This document shows positions 23,226-36,129 of a stretch of 64,000 nucleotides of DNA, piece by piece. The translations under genes were made by a program, and so were the position numbers. Source of the stretch: Octopus bimaculoides (lineage: Eukaryota); NCBI RefSeq assembly GCF_001194135.2, contig NC_068986.1:6825682-6889681 (forward strand), given 5' to 3'. Position 1 is the stretch's first letter; every line of letters begins with the position of its first letter. A model generated the notes under the pieces. The model had not been told where the DNA came from. It made no database searches and saw nothing but the letters and a program-made list of their open reading frames with translations.

Positions 23226-24120
23226 GTTTCAATCATCATTGTTTAGCATCCATTTGAAAAGAAAAGTAAAAATATTTTTGTTAAATGCACAATGTTTTTG
23301 AAGATTTGTGTGATAGATTTTCACAAAGTATCCATCCACAAAGTTTTAAGCATAAGTCTATGGTAGAATAAACTTGCTCAAAGTATTGAGCAGTAGGATC
23401 AAACACTGAATTTATGTGAATGTCAGGTAAGACTGGATTTAAACCATGGGGTGCCTGTAGCTTTATCAAGTTCGTTCAGGTACATCTCATTGACAAAAGT
23501 AAAATAACTTGAAATATCGATGTCTGAGATTCCCAAGAGTTGGCGACACTGAACAAACTAGATGTTTTCACACCTTTTCACTATAAGAGAGATTTTTCTC
23601 TCCATGGTAACTGCAGCGTATTTGCGTTTAGCAGTTGAAATATGTGACAAACACATTTCAACTCACCTAAATTCTGCCCATACCTTAACACTGCTTTGCA
23701 CCTATGCCCCATCATCATCACCATCACCAGAATTCACTCTTCTTACACAGCTATGAGAACAATTAAAGTGATTCTTTAAAATATTTCTGAAGACAACAAT
23801 GTAAACTTAGCAGAATGTTCTCCTCAAGAATAAAGACTTTGTCTGTATAGGTGTTACATCTGTTTCATATCTTACATTAGTGTGAAGCCTTCATTAACCA
23901 GTAACTTCCTTTTGATGTAACATTTAAATATGTCAACAATTGTCAGTTACTGAGTAGCATTAGACTATAGTGCATGTGTTGGGAATTATGTCTTTATCTG
24001 TAATGAAGGTAACAGCAAAATGACTGAGATATAATTTTATTGGGTCATTTGTTAAAAAATACAAGGTTTTAATGCAACATAAATTAATGTGGCTTACTAT
24101 TTGAAAAGAGATTTTATATC

Positions 24121-25224
24121 TAGTGGGCTTTACAAAAGTCTTGTTACGGTTGGTTTTGGGTCTTTTGAGAAGTTTACGTGTGTGTCAAACATACTTAAAG
24201 TTCTACTTTTCCAGCATGTGTCATTAAAATGTTTTTTCATTGTGTGCAGGTGTATATAGATGGAAGTGAAAAGAATCAAGATCTCTGCTCTCCTGCAGAT
24301 GGGCCACAACAAGTCCGGCATTGCCAAGTGGCTCAACATCAGCTGGATGACTGTCCACAGACTCATGGAGAGGCTCAAGAACAGGAAGGATCTCAAAGAT
24401 TGATCTCAAGTTGTCAACTATTTGGCTATGAGAAAGGCCTTCAAAAGTGATCTGAAACACAAAATGACTGCACTCATGAAGAACAACAATGTCTTAGTGT
24501 CCATGGTATCAAGGGCCGTTAAAGAGAAGGGTGGCAAGAGCTTGAGGTACATGGAAAGGCCTCTGCTCACTGACCATATGTGAGAACAATGTCAGAAGTG
24601 CTGTCATCACATTCTCAATGACTTGAGGTGTCACAGCAATTGAGTTCTCATTTTTTTCTGATGAAAAAAAACCTTCACGGTTGATCTGGTCATCAACAAG
24701 CAGAATGATAATGTGGTTGGCTTCAGCCAGGACATCTCTGAGGTCCACTATATGTCCACAACCAAGCATCTGGAAAGTCCTGCTCTGGGTGTGAAAGATC
24801 ACGAAGAAGGTGGACACCGTCCTTCAGCAGGATGGTGTCGCAGCCCACAGGGACAAGGTATGAATTTCTTGTTGAAGGACTTTTGGCTGCCGCAGTTGCC
24901 TGACCTCAATCCCCTTGACTACAGCGTGTAGGTAAATGTCAAGGTCAAAGCCTGCAAAGTTCACCACAGAAACATCAATGAACTGAAGTCCTTTGTCAAC
25001 TGTATGTGGGCCAGTATAAGCAAGGACTGCAACGTGTGCGCGACTTTCAGGTCTTGCTTGGAGCACATGCTCATTACCGAGGATGGCCACATTGGTTAAT
25101 ATTAATATTTAAACACATGTTTATATGTTAAAACAGTAAAAACATGTCTAACTGCATCAAAGCTATTGTGTGCTTTTATGAGAGCATTGTAATGAGTGTA
25201 ACAGGACTTTTGCAAAGCCTGGTA
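24121..25224 (+). mobile_element. Tc1/mariner-superfamily element (maT/DD37D-like motifs), decayed, near full length
   Basis: Terminal inverted repeats GGCTTT(A/G)CAAAAGTC(T/C)TGTTAC at both ends; transposase MEVKRIKISALL..., FSDEK, QQDG and PDLNPLDYSV motifs; frameshifts. Confidence 0.85.
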
Positions 25225-25339
25225 TGTATACCTGTAAAAGAATCACTTGTAGAAACAAGAGAATAATTGTTTGATAGTTATCCAAAAATAAATCCCTAAA
25301 TAAGATAAAGAAGTTGAAATAGAAAACAAATTAATTTAC

Positions 25340-25424
25340 CGTATTATATACACAATAACTACAATTAAGAGAAGACAAAGAATTCCCAGCACTACTCCAA
25401 TAACAATTGCAGCAGTTCGAAAAC
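25340..25424 (-). CDS. Exon 14: transmembrane helix (SFRTAAIVIGVVLGILCLLLIVVIVYII-R)
   Basis: ttttcttcttcctag acceptor, CG|gtaaat donor; 85 nt, phase 1 to 2; about 24 consecutive hydrophobic residues. Confidence 0.92.
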
Positions 25425-26756
25425 CTAGGAAGAAGAAAAAAAAGAAATGGTAAATTTCAAATAAATATATTAAAATAATGTTTAAAATGGAATAAATAAT
25501 ATCGTGTCATGAGTTTTTGCAAATTTTGCTTCATTTGTTTTATTTTTCAGTTAGTCAAAGTTGTATGACGATTTACACTGAATGACCTTCCGTCAATGCA
25601 TAACTCACTTGTAAATACATCTAACCAATTAGATAGTATTGCCTTGTTTTTTATACAACATACCGAAAGAGTGTAGTAAACTACTTCTATCAACTAAAAG
25701 GAACCCCAAAATTCTTGGACGCATGGTTTTGACTGCAGAAATACATAATGCAATAGTGTGAATACACTTGGCTATAAAAGCACACAGTTGTAAAATCTGC
25801 AAAGTTTACTTGCTTTCTTTGCCAGTCAAACACTGGTAAAATTGTTTGTGTTCATGAATATCTAGTGAACTCTTTCTAAAGACTTCTGATAACTTGTTAC
25901 AAATAGAGGCGATTTCATAAGGATTTTAAATATTTAGTGTTAACATGATCCAACCTTCTTACCATTAGTTTCTGAAACAAGTTATTGTCTTAAAGTATGT
26001 CAATTCAATCAAAAGGATTTACTGTATATAAATAATTATTTGAAACAGATTTCTAATCTTGTGAAAAAATGTTTATAGAAGAGTTGACTTTTATGACTTT
26101 GTCTCTTGTTTGCAATTAAAAAGTAAAGCACAGCATGTTAGAAAAATAAATGAGCTTTAACTCTTTATTTGACATAAATTCCCATTCAGTGAAAATATAA
26201 TACTCATAACAAATAAATTTTTGATTCCAACTGAAAATAAAAATTGAGTAAAACTTTCTATAAACCAGGGTTATGAAATTTATGTTAGCAAAATATATAC
26301 TTATTGGTAAGAATCTATGGCTTTATCATTCAAAATTTGCCAAGGTCAACTTAGATATATGCTTCATCAAGGTCAAGATAAAATATAACTGAGTAGAAAA
26401 AAAGAGCAGCTCAGGTACAATATAAAAAATGATGAGTTTTTACTTTAGCAGTTTCTAAGGTTATGGTTTTGAACTTCCTTCCAAACAAATTTGTGCTAAA
26501 CAAATTAAGTGAACATTATATGGGTGGATTATACAAATGGAAAATGACTAAAATGCCAGTTTCGTAAGCTTTCAAGCATGAATGCTATTCAACATAAAAC
26601 TGCTAACTTTTCATTGAACATATGAATCTCCTACAGTAGAATGTCACAACATGTAGCAAACCATCAAATTAAGTTTAAAGTTCAATGAATAGATGAATAG
26701 TAAAGTTGTCATGTATACACACAAAGAATTAAGGTTTACAACATTATATAACATAC

Positions 26757-26812
26757 TCTCCTCTTCTTCCAGTTTCTTATCACAATATTTGTCGGTCCAG
26801 TAATCATGACAT
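26757..26812 (-). CDS. Exon 13: second half of EGF 6 and acidic stalk (RCHDYWTDKYCDKKLEEEE)
   Basis: atttactttcag acceptor, A|gtatgt donor; 56 nt, phase 2 to 1; completes six-Cys EGF with exon 12. Confidence 0.9.
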
Positions 26813-27637
26813 CTGAAAGTAAATTTCAAGCAAATAAAAATTTTAATGAATCCAGTATTGTGTATGTGTGAGTGTATATGTGAGTATTTTTTTTATATAT
26901 GTGTAACTGTATGTATTAAATATTTTTTTTTGTTGTTGTTTATATCCAAGCAATGGACCACTGCATCATCATTCAATAAAATGTTTTTATGGAGAGAAAA
27001 ATATTCAAAAACATGAACATATGTCAGAATGACAAAGAAACAAGGAAGGTACCATGTGGTCATGGTATGTGTTATAAACAATAGCTAATTCACTATTTAT
27101 AATTAGGCAAATTCTATTGTATTTCTTTAAATTAATTTTATTTCAGTTAATTTTTAAAATACTACTTTTTCCAAAAATAATTCCATGGGCTTAAATACAG
27201 ACTTAAATAATTTTTTTTTCTGAAAATAATAAAAATTACTGGGGCTAAAGAAGAAAAGAGTTTCTGAATATAAGCCCATAGGCTTAAAATTGGATGAGCT
27301 TATTTTTGGAAAAAACCAGTAACGTTTTTTTAATTTTTGTCTTAATAAAATATAGGAAATTTTTAAAATGTTATTCTTGGCTGCAATATTATAAGTACAG
27401 TAGATTTTTAATTTTAAGTACTTTTTAGTTTCCTTTAGAAGTGACAAATTAGGAAATTCTACTGAAGAAATCTTGTTCTGTACTTTTCCAGGTATAACAA
27501 CTTAAGAATATTAGCATGCATGCGATTGCATTTTTCATTGTAATGTAATTTGTTTCACTTTGAAATCTCCCTTTGCACATGCCAATTCTTAAAGTAAAAT
27601 ATCTTCAAAATTAGAGGGATTGCTTTCTCAGTATTTG

Positions 27638-27855
27638 TAAGGTGGTGAGCTGGAGGAATCTCTTGCATGCTGGGTGAAATGCTTAGAGGTACTTTGTCTG
27701 CTACTATGTTCTGAGTTTAAATTCTGCTAAGATCAACTTCGCCTTTCATCCTTCTGGGGTCAATGAAATAAGTACCAGTTATGCTCTGGGGATTATGCAA
27801 TCGACTCATCCCCTTCTCTCCAAATTTTCAAGGCTTTGCGCCTAGAGTAGAAATA
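27638..27855 (+). mobile_element. Family C SINE (Nin-domain-like)
   Basis: Collinear similarity to 21332-21542. Confidence 0.8.
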
Positions 27856-28103
27856 ATTATTTAACTGTGCTTTGATTTTCAGAATATAGCTTGACCTGGA
27901 ATATACTCTCAGACAATTCACAGATTTCTTAAAGAAAACAACTTAAAGTGAGAATAAAATATATTTTAATTGATGAAGTAATTTTTGAAAATTTTTATAT
28001 GAACTTATGCAAAAGTACATTACTTGCTGCTGGTTTGTAATAAACAGTTTCACATGTAAAATAATCTTAATGCAAGTTATAGAATCACATTGTCACTTCT
28101 CAC

Positions 28104-28170
28104 CTGCATTGATAAGACTCTTCAAGCTTTATACAATCTCCATTTTGACAACGATGGCCAGCACACACGT
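28104..28170 (-). CDS. Exon 12: first half of EGF 6 (DVCAGHRCQNGDCIKLEESYQC)
   Basis: ttttccttgctttaatctag acceptor, AG|gtgaga donor; 67 nt, phase 1 to 2. Confidence 0.9.
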
Positions 28171-28425
28171 CTAGATTAAAGCAAGGAAAAAAAAAGACAT
28201 TGTTTATTATCAGAGGAATATAAAATAGATAAGCAGGTGAAAGTAGGGTGAGGCTATAGAGTCAAGGTTGAAGAGAAAGGAAGAATTGATAGAAATATAG
28301 AAATAGTTCCAAAGTAGTGTAGTTGCATGTGTGTGAGAGAGAGAGGAGGAGGAGAGAAAAATTGATGGGGAGGAGAAAAACATGGTTAAATGAATTTTGA
28401 TTGAAACTTTGATAAAAATACTCAC

Positions 28426-28548
28426 CAACACAAGATTTACTTTCATTCTTAAAGACATGACCAGATTCACATAAACATTTGTAACCACCAAATGTATTTG
28501 TGCAAGGGATACTTCCACAAGGTTGAATAGTGTTGCATTCATCAATAT
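28426..28548 (-). CDS. Exon 11: calcium-binding EGF 5 (DIDECNTIQPCGSIPCTNTFGGYKCLCESGHVFKNESKSCV)
   Basis: tttctaatttag acceptor, G|gtgagt donor; 123 nt, phase 1-1; cbEGF consensus. Confidence 0.93.
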
Positions 28549-28597
28549 CTAAATTAGAAAAACCACAACATTACTATCATTAATTTATAAAAGCCAG

Positions 28598-29427
28598 GGA
28601 TCTTTTCTGTTTGGTTGCCAGTGGTGGCCAGCGTCAATTGTCTGTTCGAATTGATTTCATATTCAGTGTAATGAAACACTTTTATAGGCTAATTAATGAC
28701 GTGAAAAGCATTTTCACTATAAATCAATAAATAAGGAGTTATTAGTAATTAAATTTTTGAAAATTTTGGTAATTTTAGCCAATTGTAAGCCACAGATAGA
28801 TTCATGTCTGTTTCGATAATAACTTGAAAACTATTTTGCCTGTTGCCATAGTAACAATCTTTGATAAGTCTGCAAGGAATCATGTGTTGACAGCAGTCTT
28901 GTTTACTCATTTCTTTTTGTTATTGGGCATTGAGGTGGTTGTGAGGTGTGCTAAAAATAACAGCTAGATAAGATTTTTTTGATAAATTTTTTACATTTAA
29001 GTTTATTTGCCAACATCTCGCTCAGAGATTTAACACTAACTGCTTTCTCTTTTGAATTAAGATGAATATTTATTTACATGAAAGAAAATCACCAGAAAAC
29101 TTTTGTGCTAAAAACAACAGCTAAATAAGATTTATTTACATGAAAGAAAATTACCAGAGACATAACACGTGTTGTTTATAAATATTGACAACATGTGCTA
29201 TTTTCAGGATGTTGACAATGCAGAAAATGATAGCTTCAAAATCCTGTTTCCTGACTGGGTGAAAATTATCAAACTTTAAACCTCTATGACTTTTTTAAAA
29301 CATTTTCCTGGCAAAAATGAAATAACTCCAGCAATTCAGTTTGGGCAAGTGTATTATTGTGTCAAAGTTTAGAATTTTTGGTAAACTTTAATTTTTAGAA
29401 CTGCTGGCAACCAAACTGAAAAGATCC
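28598..29427. mobile_element. Non-autonomous DNA transposon (MITE-like), superfamily undetermined
   Basis: 24-bp terminal inverted repeats matching at 23/24 (GGATCTTTTC(T/A)GTTTGGTTGCCAG); no coding capacity; no clear TSD. Confidence 0.75.
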
Positions 29428-30277
29428 AAATTCAGATGTTCTTCAAATTGTGAAAAGTTTATATTGAATTTAGAGAGTGGATTAAATATTACATATGACT
29501 TTATCCACATATAATCAATACATAGCAATATCTATATCAAAATTGTCTTTATAATAAAATTTTCTATTCATTATACACTGGAAAACATTAAAATAATCTC
29601 TTTGCAAAATTAATAATTAGAAAAGTTAGAGCAAAAAGAATTAACTTTTTTTTTTTTTACTCTGTTTAACTTATTTCCACTCTTTGACCCTAATGTTGCA
29701 CTTACCTTTACATGTAAACAAGCCATATTGGGGCGAATGATCAAAACCTGGTTTACAATTACATCTAAAACCCTTTTCCTCTGCTGTACAGTTTGTAGTC
29801 ATTGAATCACAAATGATTTCCTTGCACATATCTTGGACTAAAAAACATTATCAAAAAATAGGAGAAAATATTTAAAATACTGCTATGAATCCCCTGGCAA
29901 ATAGAACATTGTGTTTTATACAGCATGTTTTATGTAAAGGACTGCAATTGTTTCAGATTTGACAAATGAATGTAATCACAAAGAGAGAGTTATAAGAAGT
30001 GTTTTTGATGCTAAAATGATAAATAGTATTGACAAGGTAGTAATGTTTGTTAATGAATGTATAAGTGAGCAATTGCTGAGTAATTGTGTCAAAGTTAATT
30101 AGTAGTTGATCAAATAATATTTTCCAGTATTCAATCACTCCCATCATTGCTGGTCAGAAGACAAGACATAGCAATGGAGTAAAGTTTTTAGTTCAATGTG
30201 GCAGCACTGCTTACATCTGAGGCGTTCAGTTCTGCTTCAGAAAGTGATTTCTTAGCTGTCCTGATTTATTTATTTAT

Positions 30278-30494
30278 TTTTACTAGTTTCAGTCATTAGA
30301 TTGTGGCCATGCTGGGGCACTGCCTTGAAGAATTTTTTGTCAACTGAATCAATACCAGTACTTTTTTGAAGCCTAGTACTTATTCTATCGATCTCTAGGG
30401 ACCTAGACACACTAACACTGGTTGTGAAGCAGCGGAGGAGCAAACACAGATGCAAAGACACACACAAACATACATAAATACATACATGCACACA

Positions 30495-30542
<48 letters not shown>

Positions 30543-30735
30543 CACACACACACACACATACATATACATATACATACATACACACATATATACATATACA
30601 TACACATATATATATGTATATATAAACAGGCTTCTTTCAGTTTCCCTCAATTAAATCCACTCACAAGGCATTGGTCAGCCTGAGGCTATAGCAGAAGACA
30701 CTTGCCCAAGGTGCCATGTAGTGGGACCGAACCCA
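30278..30735 (-). mobile_element. Family B tRNA-derived SINE with internal (CA)n/(TA)n
   Basis: Reverse complement of the family at 53250; internal microsatellite. Confidence 0.85.
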
Positions 30736-31882
30736 GAAGCAAACAGTTCATGTTAACTGAAGAAGGAAGTTGTTCCTTGGAGATCATGGCTCTGATTGGA
30801 AACTTTTTCAGTGATTACATATTTCAACCACAAAAAACTTCCAGAAAAACAGGCCAATCATAGTGAGACATTAAAGCAATATTTAGAAGCATGGGACTGA
30901 CAACATTATGTAATTCTGAGATTATCTGAGAAAATTACAAAAGTGAGTTTGATTAGCTCTGATTTCTATATCTAAATTATCATTTTCAAGTAGATGTTGG
31001 GGAAGAATTTTCTTAAGCCCATGTAATAAAGGTATCTTGGGCCATTTTATCCAGTATTTGGTAAAAAATATTATGTTCTAAGAGCATGGAAATATTTGTC
31101 TAGGTGTTTTATTACTTTTCTGATGACAAAAAAATGAGTAACACAAAATTGCCTTACATTTAGGAAACATGAAGCTTCTGTAGAAGCTAAAAATGGTTGG
31201 GATTTTTAGATTATAGATTAAATAAGACAATTTATAGATTAAGTAAGACAGTTCATTTGTTTAGCCATTTCATTAATATGATTACTTAAAGTTTAGAGAT
31301 GAACCTAACTAGACAATACATTAGAAATGTTTTCAATAAAACACGACAACAGAAGATGATAGAATCTTTTTATTTCAGATTTCATTCAATCAGTTTAATT
31401 TTTTTGTTGTTGATTCATTTGTATTAAACTAGGAGAGTTAGAATGTGATATTCATACAATGAAACCTATATGTCAAACAATCAGATGAAAGTATGAAGTC
31501 ATACAAGAATTGAGCTATGCAAATAAAAGTACACACTTTTACTAACACAAATATAAGTTTTACATGAATTAAATTTGTAAATTCATTAATCTGAACTACA
31601 ATTGTTGTAGTTCAGTTTATAAGGCAGACTTGCTGTGATATAGAAATGATTTATTGGTTACAAGGTGTAAACTCTATTATAATTGTTACAAGTTAGATTG
31701 CGAACTAAAAAAATTGGTTGCAATTACACATCATGGTTGAAACATTTAGCATTAAAAAAGTGCCCCTTTGTTAAAAAATACTTATCTGATTAAATAATTC
31801 AGGAGAAAATACAAAAATTGAAAGATTATCCAATTTATGGCAGCATAGAAAAAATGGATGCAATATGACAGAAAGTACGTAC

Positions 31883-32046
31883 CATTTAGTTGTAAAGAAG
31901 CAGGGGCAACACATAAACCATTGAACTTACAACAGTCTGCGCTACATCCCTTTTTCAGCATGTTTTCCAGATCTGCTTGCTTAATAGCATCTCCATAAAT
32001 TGTATAAAGGACTTTCAAGGAGTTTTGGTCAGTAGATCTCTTTGTC
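31883..32046 (-). CDS. Exon 10: SEA-like C-terminal part with RTKR site (TKRSTDQNSLKVLYTIYGD...CSADCCKFNGLCVAPASLQLN)
   Basis: catcttttattatag acceptor, G|gtacgt donor; 164 nt, phase 2 to 1. Confidence 0.88.
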
Positions 32047-33379
32047 CTATAATAAAAGATGAAGAAATAAAATTCATATTTCTTAAATAGGAACAATTCC
32101 TGAAAATATATTATTTCACATATGCTAGATTTATTGAGATGGTGCCATAAAAAATAAATGTAGTAACCTTCATTATTTAATGGATTTATAAAATTTTACA
32201 AAATAAGAATACTTAAAAGAGCACCATTTTGTAATTAGCAGAAACATTATGTAACTGTTACAGTTATGCATTTGGATAAGTTTGAATGTTATGACAAGAA
32301 AAAAAAAATCTGAGGAGCTGTCATTTGGTTTGTGAATGAGAAATTGTTTTAAATTGATAGATTTTGGGTAGTATTGAAGATGGGTAAATAAACAGGGAGC
32401 AGAAAAGCAATAATATCAACAAATATAGTCAGAATAAAGCAGTGATTCAACATTTTGATTCACTGAATCAATCCTTCCATTGGCTACCTTTCGATATGTA
32501 GAAATCCTGCATCGCATCACCCATCAGTTTTAAGACATGACTCTCCTTTTAGTGAAAAAGTTTTTTCTTAATTTAAAAAGTATTTAATTTTGTTTGTTTG
32601 TTCCAACAGCAAAGACTGAGGTCAATTCAACCTCACATCAGTGAAACACTTCTCAATCACTATACAATTTTACCTTTCCTTTTCTTACTTATGCAGCAAA
32701 ATATTTCTCTCCTTTCTTGTTTAAGTACCCTCATCACTCACCCACACCTTCATCATGGGTAATGACCTACTATTAACACTTTCCTCAACCCCTTTTCTCT
32801 TTGCTGCACCCTCCTAACCAACTTCAAATGCCCTTCCCACTTGTACTCATCTGTGTAGGTCCATTCAACTAGGCTGTATTCATCCCTTACTTCAACATTC
32901 CAGCAATAAATCCCTCTCAACTCTTATCTTTCTCTTCGAGTGGTACTCATAAAACTTGTTAAGAGACTTTATCTGTCGTCCTCTCAATGTTTCTGCCACA
33001 CTACCTTAGTTTAGCAAAGCTGTTATACAGAGGAAAATTGCTTACCCTTACCTACCAAAGTAAGGTAGTTGTGCAATATTCAAAATGGACTTGTCTGATA
33101 ACTGGATCTATCCTGCAGGCAACAGCTATTTGAATTAGCTCTGCAAGTTAGATGCTGAATTAGGACATGGGGAATAGTTTCATCTCTCTCTGCATGTCAC
33201 AGACAAATCAAGTTGATGGTACTGCTTTGCTTATAGAGTTTATCCTGATCCACACAATCAGACCAAGGACAATGTTCTCTGAGCTTTGAAAAAAAAGTCC
33301 GAGTTGATTTTCATGGTACTGTAAGCTACTGTTCAATAAATCCAGTAGTTGCCATGAATTGATCACAGAGTAATTTAAT

Positions 33380-34745
33380 GCATTGAATAATGGAGAAGAA
33401 GAAATCTCGAGCTGGTGTTGTGCCAGAAGGGAAATGCTGCTGACAATTACAGACCAATTTCCTGCCTCCCATTAATGTGGTGGTTACAGTCAGGAGGAAT
33501 TGCAGAAGAACTGTATAAATTTCTTGATGAGAATGATATATTACCAACAGAACAAAAAGGTTGTAGAAGGAGATGCAGAGATACTGAAGATCAACTGTTG
33601 GTAGACAAAATGGCAATGTAAGACTGTAAATGAAGGAGAACATATTTGTGAATGAACTGGATTGACTATCACAAAGCTTATGATATGATTCCGCATTCGT
33701 GGTTCATCGAGTGTTTAGATCTGTTTGAAATTCTGAAGAATGTAACATGTTTCCTGAAGAGAAGTATGGTGGGATGGAAAACTGAACTGACATCTTATGG
33801 AAAAAGACTTAGGCACCCTGAGTATCAGAAGAGGGATTTTCCAGCGTGATAGCTTATCTCTGTAGCTTTTTGTTCTCTGCATAATACCTCTGAAATTGGT
33901 ACTTATGAAAATATTGAAACACATGAAGAAGGCCGACATCATTAAAACTGAAAATTGTGTAACTAAAGAAAAATTTAAACAAGAAATGAACAAAGAAGAA
34001 GAAAAAGCATGGAAGGAAAAGAAAATGTATGGTCAGTTAGCAAGAGGTGTGAATGTTAAGACAGATACAAAGGACTGGTGGCTCTGGATGAGAAGTGACC
34101 TGAAGATAGAGATAGAAGCACTCATATGCGCAGCTCAGGAACAAGCATTAAGGACCAATTATATGAAGTGCAGAATGTGTGGTAAGAGGGGTGAAACAGT
34201 AGCGTGCATCATTAGTGGATGCCTGAAATTGGCACAATGTGAATACAAAAGAAGGCTTGACAATATGGTAAGAATGATCCATAAAAAGCTCTGTGGAAAT
34301 CATGGCCTACAAAGAATAAAGGCATCATATGAGCAAACCCCAGAAGGAGTCACCGAAAATGTGAACTGTAAAATCCTGTGGGATGCAATGATCCAGTGCG
34401 ATCACCTGACCAAACATCAGAAACCAGACATTGTTGTGGTGAATAAAAAAAGAAAGAACATGTATGATAATCGACATAGCATGCCCTGTGGATAACAGGA
34501 TCAATGAGAAAGAAGAAGAAAAAATAAACAACAATGACGATTTAAAATGGGAAATATGAAGGTTGTGGTCAATGAAGAGATTAGACATGAATACTGATAG
34601 TAATTGGTGCACTTGGAAGTATCAGCACTCAACTACCAACATGGCTGAAAAAGATTGGTACAAGTATGACAGTAGAACACCTACAAAAATCAGCATAGCT
34701 TGGAACTGCAAGAATTCATCTCAGGGTTCTTGAAGTATGACCGGT
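33380..34745 (+). mobile_element. R4/Dong-like non-LTR retrotransposon remnant (RT, CCHC zinc knuckle, RLE), internally deleted
   Basis: [37 protein letters not shown]...ETVACIISGC, KPDIVVVN, IGALGS motifs. Confidence 0.9.
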
Positions 34746-34834
34746 AAACAAGTGTCACCTTAGTCTGCTGGCTGTGGACAGCTGACACATTCCATCATAC
34801 TCAGCAAAATAAGCTGTGAGTTCCCTTGGTATAA

Positions 34835-35315
34835 AAAATGGGCTACAGCAAATATTCTGCTCAATACCACAGATTTGCTTGACAGTTGTTTGACCTTAAC
34901 CAGTTGAGCATGTCCCTTAGTGGCTGACGATATATGCATCTCTTATCACAAGCAGAAGTAGTGGGGGAGCATCATAGCAATATGTTGAGAGGAATTCTTT
35001 GAGGTTTGAATAATTCATCTCTGGAAACATGGATGTTTCGTTCAATATCCTTAAATAGACCTTATTCAGGGACCTTTTGAGCGGGATGGGCTACTCAACA
35101 TGAAGAAAATTCTAACTGGGCCTCACCTGCAAGGTCATCTGCTGTTAATCTTGATATGAAATCACCATATCACTCACATATGGTTGTGATGCATGTGCCT
35201 GGTGTACCCTTATCAGACAGGTAGTCATGATGGGTATACTGGGCTTCGTATATTTTACCCCAGTGTCACTTTGATGGCATGCACGCACTGCTCTCTCACC
35301 CAATAATAATAATAA
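34835..35315 (+). mobile_element. Interspersed repeat family E (SINE-like) ending in (AAT)n
   Basis: Discrete higher-GC unit with AATAATAATAAT tail; recognised as a repeat by structure only. Confidence 0.55.
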
Positions 35316-35329
35316 TAAAATACAATCCC

Positions 35330-35530
35330 TTAAAGTTTGAAATAGGAAGAATTTAGAGCATGTGAACAGTAAAGGCCATGCCTGTAATAATTGGGGCATT
35401 GAAAACAGTCAGCCAAGATATAAACAAATGGCTGAAGGAGATTGAAATAGAATGCCTAGTAGAGCTTCTACAGAAAGTTTGTCACTTAGGGACAGCAAAG
35501 ATTATCAGGACGGTTCTAAGCACTTAAAAG
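35330..35530 (+). mobile_element. RLE LINE C-terminal fragment
   Basis: VKAMPVIIGALKTVSQDINKWLKEIEIEC...LQKVCHLGTAKIIRTVL-stop. Confidence 0.75.
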
Positions 35531-35581
35531 ATTGCTGAAACATCATCATCATCATCGTTTAATGTCCGCTTTCCATGCTAG

Positions 35582-35987
35582 TGTAGTAACGCCGTGCGCA
35601 TGCGTAGTCTCACGCATGCGTGGAATTAAACAACCAAGCGTTCCCGCTCAATTCATTCTCTTTCTTGCTGGCCAGCAATAGAGCATGGATATGTCAAGAA
35701 GTGTCTCCAACACCCAACTCTGGAGACAGTCTCTTTACGTGTATAGCTGTCACTCTCCATCTTTCGGACTTACACTCGACAGCTCGCTTACACCTACATA
35801 ACAACGTCCCAACAACTATGCTCACACAATCAGAAGCTGTAACAACAAGAGCTAAAGATGTATATATTTACCACCTGAATAAATGTTGTATAAGTTGATA
35901 GTCTGGAGTTCAGCGTTCCGTTATATTCTTAATTTTATATAGGAAAGTCAGGTATACATCTAATGATGTATAACCAACTTTCCTATA
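35582..35987 (+). mobile_element. Solo LTR (406 bp) inserted into a family A SINE fragment, 4-bp TSD CTAG
   Basis: Starts TGTAG, ends CTATA (CTACA with one change); CTAG at 35578-35581 and 35988-35991; interrupted SINE reads ...TTTCCATGCTAG|CATGGGTT; AATAAA at 35878-35883. Confidence 0.8.
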
Positions 35988-36028
35988 CTAGCATGGGTTA
36001 TTAATAATAATAAATAATGAACGCTTAC

Positions 36029-36096
36029 CGGTTGCTTTGATTTGTCACAATGTCATCAATTACAACTACATTATTTTTTCCAATTTTGTCAAGTAT
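36029..36096 (-). CDS. Exon 9: SEA-like middle (ILDKIGKNNVVVIDDIVTNQSN-R); not in ORF track
   Basis: ttcttatatttcag acceptor, CG|gtaagc donor; 68 nt, phase 0 to 2, exactly bridging exons 8 and 10. Confidence 0.88.
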
Positions 36097-36129
36097 CTGA
36101 AATATAAGAATACATAGAATATTACTTTT

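Noticed and set aside
23281-23548. Open frames downstream of the cassette candidate as additional tail exons
   Set aside because: All three frames stop early, there is no supported donor, and exon 15 gives a better-supported continuation.
35582-35991. Helitron interpretation (hairpin followed by CTAG)
   Set aside because: Starts TG rather than TC, CTAG is duplicated on both sides, and the site is not A|T; solo LTR fits better.
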